Shown here one piece after another: positions 4,956 through 13,072 of a DNA stretch of 13,072 nt. Source of the DNA: Archangiaceae bacterium (GTDB taxonomy: Bacteria; Myxococcota; Myxococcia; Myxococcales; Myxococcaceae). How positions within the stretch are numbered: position 1 is the stretch's first letter; every line of letters starts with the position of its first letter. A model generated the notes under the pieces. That model had not been told where the DNA came from, did no database searches, and was given only the letters and a program-made list of their open reading frames with translations. Position numbers and translations under genes: made by a program. The stretch lies in assembly GCA_043750125.1 (NCBI GenBank), contig JAYVCD010000441.1:1-13072 (forward strand). The letters are read 5' to 3'.

Positions 4956-6347
4956 ATGAATACTGAAACGCTCGATGGCCGGTTCACGTTGAAGGGTCCG
5001 TTCCGCTGTACCGGAGTCGGAACGTTGATGTGCGCAGAAGACAAGGACCGGGCGCGCACGGCGATTCGGCTGATTCCGGATCTGGCGCAGGGCAAAGAAG
5101 CGGTCGCCGCGGCGCTGCGTTTGCCGCTGCACCCGGTTCTTCCCCGGCCCCAGGGTTTGGGCGCTTTCAACGGTTCGGCGTGGGTGGCAATCGATTTTCC
5201 GGAAGGCGAGCTGCTGACGCACCGGATGCCGCTGACCCCGAAATCTCTGTTGGCGATGGGCTCGAGGATTTCAGGCGCGCTGGCGGCGCTGCACCAGAAC
5301 GGGGTGGTTCACGGCGAGCTGTCGGGAGAATCGGTGCTGGTGGTCCCCGCGGCGGGAACCGGCGTGGCGAAGAACGGCTGCTCTCGCAGCTTCCCCACCT
5401 GGTCCCGTTCCTCTCGCCCGAACGGGCGTGCGGTGACGACGCGACCCAGGCTTCAGGGCGGGCCGATCTGGATGCGATGGCGCCGGCTCGAACCCCGTCG
5501 TTCGTCCCCCGGTAGATGGTGGATCCAGCCCCGATCCCAAAGGTCGTTTCGGTGGCCCAGGTCCCGGCGCCTTACCCCCCGCCCCAATTTCTGCAGACGA
5601 TGCGTTTCGCCGCGCTTCCCGACGTCCCTCCCGCGCCTTTACTCGAGGGGGCCCCAAAAGCGCCGGCTCCACGCGGCGGCAATCGCGGCGGGCGTGCTCC
5701 TGCTCGTCATCGGTGGCCTGGTGGTGAAGGCGCTGTTCGCCGGTTCGGGTGAAGTTGAAAAGGCAGACGCGACCGGAAAAAACGGAGCGTCGCGGAAAGT
5801 GGCCGGTGGGTCCGAAGAGTCCGATGTTGTTCAATTGCAGCCGGTCGAAGCGAAGGCCCCACCGGTCGTGAAGCCTGCGTCGGTCGCAAAAGGAGGGGCC
5901 GGTTCGAAGTCCGCGCCGGTCACGAAAAGCGCGCCGGTTGCGAAGCCCGAGCCTGGGGTCAAGACCGAATCGACCGCGAGAGTTGCGCCGGTTGCGAAGG
6001 CCGAGCCCGTCGCCAGGCCCGAACCCGCCGCGAAGACCGCGTCTGCCCCGAAGGCGGCTGCTTCAGGAAAGTCGGAGCTCAAGACTCCGAAGTTGGCGGA
6101 CGAGCCCATTCAGGCTGCGCCTGCGCCCGCACCCGCGAAGGCCAACGCCACGGCGATCGCAACCCCACGGAGCACTCACCCAGACGAGCCGGCGGATCCT
6201 CCCAGCGAGCCCACCCCGGCGGCCCCGAAACCCACGGTCGTCGCCAAGGCCACTGCTGCTCCTGCTTCGACGTCGCGTTCGGCGAAGGTTCACAAGAGCG
6301 AAGAGCCCCCGCGCCGCCCTGCGTCCCGGCTCGACGACGGGGACTGA
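4956..6347 (+). pseudogene. Disrupted (or mis-assembled) membrane-anchored Hanks-type Ser/Thr pseudokinase with Lys/Pro/Ala-rich C-terminal tail
   Basis: The starting frame has the N-lobe and alphaE/catalytic loop (DGRFTL..., WVAIDFPEGELL, ISGALAALHQNGVVHGELSGESVLVV). The subdomain VIII-like LVPFLSPERACGDDATQAS is in a different frame (5357-5455). There is no DFG-equivalent segment and no C-lobe, and that frame has a TAG at 5513-5515. The original frame resumes near the G5C4A4 tract (5647-5659) with TM AAAIAAGVLLLVIGGLVV and the repetitive tail. Confidence 0.7.
5931..6007 (+). repeat. 23-bp direct repeat (22/23 identical, 54-bp period) encoding APVAK(P/A)EP in the pseudokinase tail
   Basis: GCGCCGGTTGCGAAGCCCGAGCC at 5931-5953 and GCGCCGGTTGCGAAGGCCGAGCC at 5985-6007. 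Degenerate protein copies (SAPVTK, EPVARP, EPAAK) flank them. Confidence 0.8.
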
Positions 6348-6362
6348 AAGCCACCGCTCAGC

Positions 6363-7532
6363 TCAGGCGACTTCGATCAGTGCTGCGGCGCCCATTCCGC
6401 CGCCGATGCACATCGTCACCACCCCGTACTTTCCCTTCCGGCGCTTGAGCTCGCGCAGCACGGTGCCCACCATTCGGGTGCCTGAAACGCCCAACGGGTG
6501 ACCCAGGGCGATCGCTCCGCCGTTCGGGTTCACTTTCGAGGGGTCGATCTTCAGCTCGCGAATGCAGTACAGCGATTGGGCCGCGAAGGCCTCGTTGAGC
6601 TCGAAGACGTCGATGTCCTTCACCGTGAGCTTGTTGCGCTCGAGCAGCTTTCGCACTGCCGGCACCGGGCCAATGCCCATCACATCGGGCGGCACTCCCG
6701 CGACTGCGAAGTCGACGAAGTAGCCCAGCGGCTTGATTCCCAGCTGCTTGGCCTTCGACTCGCTCATCACCACTGCCGCCGCAGCGCCGTCCGTGAGCGG
6801 AGAAGCGTTGCCCGCAGTCACGGTGCCTTTGGGGTCGAACGCCGGCTTGAGCTTCTTCAAAGCGTCGAGCGTCGTCTCTGCGCGCAGAATCGTATCGTCC
6901 GAGACCGTCACCGTCTGGGCTTTGCCGGCGTCGTCGAACACCCGAACGGTGATCGGCGCGATCTCTTCTTTCAACTTTCCGTCGGCGCGGCCCTTGGCGG
7001 CCTTGGCCTGCGAGTCGTTGGCGAAGACGTCCTGATCATCGCGCGAGACCGAGAACTTCGAGGCCACCTTCTCGGCCGTGGCGCCCATCGAGGTGTAGAC
7101 CTCGGGGAAGCGTTCCATCAGCTCGGGGTTGGCCGAAACCTTGTTCCCGCCCATCGGGATCATCGACATCGACTCGACCCCGCCGGCAATTCCAATCTGG
7201 TACTGGCCGGCGGTGATCGCCTGCGCGACCTGGGCAATCGACTGCACTCCCGAGGCGCAGAACCGGTTGATGGTCATTCCGGGCACGGTGTCCGGCAGCC
7301 CCGCGAGCAACGCTGCGATGCGGGCCACGTTCATCCCCTGTTCGGCCTCGGGCATCGCGCAGCCCAGCACCACGTCTTCGATGTCCGAGGCTTTCAGACC
7401 GGGTACGCGCGCGATCGCTTCCTTGATGACATGAGCGGCCAGCGTGTCGGGACGGGTGTCCTTCAGCTCACCCTTTCCAGCGCGGGTGAAGGGGGTGCGA
7501 GCGGTGCTGGCGATGACGATGCGATCGGCCAT
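6363..7532 (-). CDS. fadA: Acetyl-CoA C-acyltransferase (3-ketoacyl-CoA thiolase), 389 aa
   Basis: Start [14 protein letters not shown]. Catalytic motifs [25 protein letters not shown] and MCIGGGMG are all intact. It lies 35 bp downstream of the FadN-type gene. Confidence 0.96.
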   Translation of the reverse strand: MADRIVIASTARTPFTRAGKGELKDTRPDTLAAHVIKEAIARVPGLKASDIEDVVLGCAMPEAEQGMNVARIAALLAGLPDTVPGMTINRFCASGVQSIAQVAQAITAGQYQIGIAGGVESMSMIPMGGNKVSANPELMERFPEVYTSMGATAEKVASKFSVSRDDQDVFANDSQAKAAKGRADGKLKEEIAPITVRVFDDAGKAQTVTVSDDTILRAETTLDALKKLKPAFDPKGTVTAGNASPLTDGAAAAVVMSESKAKQLGIKPLGYFVDFAVAGVPPDVMGIGPVPAVRKLLERNKLTVKDIDVFELNEAFAAQSLYCIRELKIDPSKVNPNGGAIALGHPLGVSGTRMVGTVLRELKRRKGKYGVVTMCIGGGMGAAALIEVA

Positions 7533-7567
7533 GGGCGTTGTTCCAGGAAAGAGAGTGAATGAAAAAA

Positions 7568-9928
<2,361 letters not shown>

Positions 9929-9966
9929 GGGCACGCACTTAGCGCCTGGCGTCCCCTTCGGCCCTC

Positions 9967-10566
9967 TTATTTTCCGGTCAGTCCGCTCAGCCCCGCCAGC
10001 GCCGAGGCCTGCTCGAGGAACATCAGCGCGGTTCCGAAGCGGCCGTCCGCTCCGTTCACGACGTTCATCACCCGACACTCGAAGGCGAGGTTGCGATTGC
10101 AGAAATCGGCGGCGATTTCGAGATGGACGATCGAGTTGACCGGGTAGTGGCTGTGGGTCCAGACGAAGCAGCCCCCGCGGCGCAGCTCGTTGTCGAACGC
10201 GTTCTGGAACCCGCCCAAGGTCGGGTAGGTCAACACAATGCGGGTCTTGTCTTTGAGGTGGGGAACCATCTCGCCCATCATTTCCGCGCCCGAGAGGAAG
10301 CGCAGGCCGAAGCCGCCCTTCATGATCGTTCGCAGCTCGGGAGCCACCATCGTCAGCCGCGCCACAGCGCCTTCGAAATACAGCTTGTTCTCGTCGTCGA
10401 GAGTCACCTCGACGTGAACCCGCTCGCCAATCGACAACAGGCTCGTCGTCACCACGAACATCCCCGTCGAGGACACATCATTGGTGAAGCCCGACGAGGT
10501 GAGGTCCTTCACTCCGAAGCGCACTTTGAAGCGCTTGCTGTGACGGCGGTTGCGACGCTTCTCCAT
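9967..10566 (-). CDS. Tandem PilZ-domain protein (199 aa)
   Basis: The N-terminal domain has RHSKR (RxxxR) and DVSSTG (DxSxxG) followed by GMFV...GFGLRF. The second domain (LTYPTLGGFQNAFDNELRRGGCFV...ECRVMNV...GTALMF) is PilZ-like, resembles the myxobacterial TIGR02266 type and lacks both motifs. Confidence 0.88.
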   Translation of the reverse strand: MEKRRNRRHSKRFKVRFGVKDLTSSGFTNDVSSTGMFVVTTSLLSIGERVHVEVTLDDENKLYFEGAVARLTMVAPELRTIMKGGFGLRFLSGAEMMGEMVPHLKDKTRIVLTYPTLGGFQNAFDNELRRGGCFVWTHSHYPVNSIVHLEIAADFCNRNLAFECRVMNVVNGADGRFGTALMFLEQASALAGLSGLTGK

Positions 10567-10605
10567 TATTCTAAGCTTACCCGTGCCAGGGTGCTCTTCG
10601 CGCGA
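10567..10605. promoter_or_regulatory. 39-bp divergent intergenic region with palindromic -10 (TAAGCTTA); candidate bidirectional promoter and leaderless PilZ mRNA
   Basis: TAAGCTTA at 10572-10579 reads TAAGCT (TANNNT) on both strands. On the minus strand it is followed by exactly 7 nt (TAGAATA) and then the PilZ ATG, with no Shine-Dalgarno. Confidence 0.55.
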
Positions 10606-11715
10606 ATGAAACCCGATGACTTGAGTGGGAAGAAGAGGCTCGAAGATCGCCCTTTTCGGGTGTTGTTGATCGCCGGCTCGAACCGCCGCCAGTTCGGCTG
10701 CCCTGCGACGGACTCGAAGGCCCGGTCTTTGATGTTCCGGATGGCCGACCGCCTGCCCCCAGAATGGGAGGTCGACGCCGAAGACCTGGGCAATGTCTGG
10801 AACCGCGAGCAGATCCGCAGTTGCAACGGGTGTGTGTCGACCTCACAGGCGCTCTGCGTGTGGCCCTGCAACTGCTATTCGAAGGACAACGAAGACGCTC
10901 CGGACCTGATGTGGAATCTCGACCTCTACGCGCGGTTGGACCTGGCCGACGCGTGGGCGATCATCGGGCCGGTCAATTGGTATGGCCCCACCTCAAACCT
11001 CAAGGCGATGTTCGATCGCCTGGTGTGCATGAATGGGGGAAATCCCCACGAGGAATTGATCGGTCACAAAGACCCGAAGCTCGCGATTGAGCTCGAGGGC
11101 ACCGCCCAGTGGGAACGCTTGAGTCAGAACCACCTCGAAGGCCGCACGGCTGCATTTTTCTCGTACGGGGACGATGGCGGCGACGAGCTGGACGAAACAC
11201 GCAGGCCGAAGATCCTCAAGCACCCCGAATGGTTCGAGTCGAAGAACGAGCCGTTTGCGAACATGCGCGATGCGTATGCGCCGCTTGTCTGGCAATGCCG
11301 TTACGGAGGTATCGAGGTTCCCGACGCGCTCTGGCAATACATCGAGTTCGGCAAAGGCAAGACATACAGCCAGGCGCAGGCCGAGCACATGGTCGACGAG
11401 CCGGAATTGTTGATTGGCTTTGACCGGTGGACCGATGAGTTCGCCCGGCACGTCCGGGCAAAGGGCAAGGTTCCGCCGGGAGAGTTTCGGGCTGCGTTTT
11501 ACGAGCCCCCCACTCATCTCGGAGCGGACCTGAAGACCAAATGGCGGGCGGCGCGGATGGCCTTGGGAGTGCCTGTCCCCGGCACTTCTCCTGCGGTTCA
11601 GCAGGAGCGCGGGCTCAACCGCGACGTGGGGGTGTTGTACAAGAAAGGGGAGGGGGACAAGCTTCGAGACGCAGATCAGGCTGATTTGCCTGAGGAAGGA
11701 GAGTCAGACGTTTAG
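10606..11715 (+). CDS. Flavodoxin-fold NAD(P)H-dependent FMN reductase / iron-sulfur flavoprotein-like protein (369 aa)
   Basis: FMN-binding RVLLIAGSNR, Cys cluster CNGCVSTSQALCVWPCNC, ADAWAIIGPVNWYGPTSNLKAMFDRL and LEGRTAAFFSYG match the FMN_red/WrbA/Isf superfamily. ATG at 10606 (alternative in-frame GTG at 10591). Confidence 0.85.
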   Translation: MKPDDLSGKKRLEDRPFRVLLIAGSNRRQFGCPATDSKARSLMFRMADRLPPEWEVDAEDLGNVWNREQIRSCNGCVSTSQALCVWPCNCYSKDNEDAPDLMWNLDLYARLDLADAWAIIGPVNWYGPTSNLKAMFDRLVCMNGGNPHEELIGHKDPKLAIELEGTAQWERLSQNHLEGRTAAFFSYGDDGGDELDETRRPKILKHPEWFESKNEPFANMRDAYAPLVWQCRYGGIEVPDALWQYIEFGKGKTYSQAQAEHMVDEPELLIGFDRWTDEFARHVRAKGKVPPGEFRAAFYEPPTHLGADLKTKWRAARMALGVPVPGTSPAVQQERGLNRDVGVLYKKGEGDKLRDADQADLPEEGESDV

Positions 11716-11762
11716 TTGGACCCCGGAATTCGGCGGACCTTCGAAGCGCTTGACCCTTTGTT

Positions 11763-12265
11763 TCAAGCGCACGACGGGATGGGAACCGGCGCCATCAGGG
11801 TCTGCGAGATCTTCAAAATCGCAAAGATTGAGCTGAGCAGCACGACGCCCACCAAAAATTCTCGAAGCTTCCTCCTCCCAGGTTCAGGTTGGCGAACGAG
11901 ATGAAGCCCGACCCGATGGCCCAGATGGAAAGGTACTTCACCAGGTCGTACCGCTTGAGCAGCACCAGGTTTGCGATTGCGATCTTCAGCGTCGCGCAGA
12001 GGTGAAGCGGGAAGCGTTCGAAGGCCGAGGGGCAGGGGTAGATGAACTTGAAGACCTCGGAAGCCAGCTCGATCGACAGAACGAATGCCGCGGTCCCGGC
12101 CATGAAAGCCCGGTTCTCACTCAGCGCGTCCAGACTCTTCTTGAAGAAGATGAGCAGTGCCAGCAGCCCAGGCAGGATCAGAACGAGCGCAAGATGGCCG
12201 ATTCCTCCCATCGCGAAGGTCTGGCTCGAGTGTTCGTTCGGGTCGAAGAAGTTCGTCGAGAGCAT
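11763..12265 (-). pseudogene. YwaF/TMEM164-like (TIGR02206-type) integral membrane protein gene with apparent internal deletion and frameshift
   Basis: ATG 12265 gives MLSTNFFDP...FAMGGIGHL, several TM helices and the family motif ERFPLHLC. After GGGSFENF the frame degenerates (stop at 11813-11815). A shifted frame from the T5 run (plus strand 11854-11858) gives a hydrophobic terminal helix LVGVVLLSSIFAILKISQTLM...*, ending at 11763. Confidence 0.7.
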
Positions 12266-12586
12266 TCTCGAGTTCAGTGCAAGCCATGCGCCCCGTTCGG
12301 CTGAGCCTGCCGGGACGCGGGCTGTGCATCCCGTCGCACACTTTGCGAATCTTCGGTGTGCAGGGATCTGCGCACTCGCTGTCGATCGCCCACTCGGTTC
12401 GGAATTGTCCGTGAGAGCAAGCTCGAATCGACGGGGACGTGGCTCGTACGGCCGCGGGCCTTGAGCGTCTGCTCGCCGCCCCGGCGCGCTTGCTGCTACC
12501 GAACACATGCGACCAGCGAATTTTTCCTTCGGGCGAAACGCGCGCGAGAACGAAAGAGCCGATGCTTCGCGGGACGACTTGAGTGC

Positions 12587-12978
12587 CGCCGAGAGTTGGC
12601 GCAGCGTGGGGTCACAGTAATCGCGGTGGCTCGACGTCAAGAAAAACTGGACGAGCTCGCGCGGGAAGTGAAGGGCATCGTGCCTCTGGTGCTCGACATC
12701 ACCGAGCCTCAGGCGGCGAAGCGGGCGGTGGCGGTAGCGAGGTCCCACGGGACGCTGCGGTGGCTGGTGAACAATGCGGGAATGGCGCGCTTTGGAGAGT
12801 TTCGGCGCACCCAACTCGACGAGCAATTGCAGACGGTGCAGCTCAACTGCTCGGGGCTGCTCGCAGTCACCGCCGAGGCGCTTCCCGTTCTCTCGCCCCG
12901 CGTTCGTTTGTGCGTCGTGAGATGGCGCGTCGGCGCGGCAGCGTGGTCGGGTTTCCCCTGGAAATTCTTCCTTCCTAG
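12587..12978 (+). pseudogene. Short-chain dehydrogenase/reductase (SDR) remnant
   Basis: RELAQRGVTVIAVARRQEKLDELA...LDIT...LVNNAG (NNAG at 12770-12781)...VQLNCSGLLAVTAEALPVL is a clear SDR core. The N-terminal TGxxxGxG and catalytic S/YxxxK are absent. A shifted frame from ~12892 gives LAPRSFVRREMARR...*, which resembles an SDR C-terminus. Confidence 0.75.
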
Positions 12979-13012
12979 AGCGTCGAACAGGTTTGGTCAC
13001 GCTGCGGCGCGC

Positions 13013-13052
13013 CCCTCGCCGCGCTGAAACCGCGCGAGGGTTTCGAGGTTTT
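13013..13052 (+). terminator. Possible intrinsic terminator/hairpin downstream of the SDR remnant
   Basis: CCCTCGC (13013-13019) pairs with GCGAGGG (13034-13040), or alternatively GAAACC (13026-13031) with GGTTTC (13039-13044). It is followed by a broken T tract (TTTCGAGGTTTT). Confidence 0.25.
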
Positions 13053-13072
13053 GGACAGCGGACAGCCGCCTG

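Noticed and set aside
5513..5515. In-frame TAG followed directly by ATG as a pyrrolysine/readthrough site
   Set aside because: It lies in a region with several other frame disruptions next to a C5 tract, and there are no pyl genes or other in-frame TAG evidence in the window.
5931..6007. Direct repeat as a mini-CRISPR or insertion target-site duplication
   Set aside because: There are only two copies, the period is a multiple of 3, they encode a peptide repeat, and no cas or transposase gene is nearby.
10123..10605. N-terminal extension making the flavoprotein 530 aa
   Set aside because: It overlaps the PilZ gene in antisense, and family similarity begins only after Met at 10606.
12266..13000. 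N-terminal 245 aa of ORF 11813..13000 as a fusion to the membrane protein
   Set aside because: It is largely antisense to the SDR remnant, is Arg/Pro-rich and has no motifs. Membrane-protein character begins at ATG 12265.

Overview
GC-rich (roughly two-thirds by eye), gene-dense bacterial DNA whose gene content suggests Myxococcota (inference, not a database result). From left to right: (i) a tightly coupled + strand cassette of a small outer-membrane beta-barrel-like protein (5' end probably outside the window), an ECF sigma factor, a FecR-type transmembrane anti-sigma with a TPR-like tail, and a lipoprotein with six 4-Cys repeats; (ii) a - strand protein with an acidic/Pro-rich N-terminus and what looks like a catalytically dead papain-fold (CHAP/NlpC-like) domain; (iii) a laminin B (domain IV) lipoprotein coupled to a YkgJ/CxxCxxCC protein; (iv) a disrupted membrane pseudokinase with a Lys/Pro/Ala-rich tail; (v) a - strand run of tandem-PilZ protein, FadN-type 3-hydroxyacyl-CoA dehydrogenase/enoyl-CoA hydratase and thiolase; (vi) a divergent flavodoxin-fold, iron-sulfur-flavoprotein-like gene; (vii) internally deleted remnants of a YwaF/TMEM164-like membrane gene and an SDR. 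I see no RNA genes, CRISPR array or mobile element. The best candidate for an under-described system is the barrel/ECF/FecR-TPR/Cys-repeat lipoprotein cassette, which looks like a cell-surface signalling module with no TonB-dependent receptor in view. All family assignments are from motif recognition by eye.
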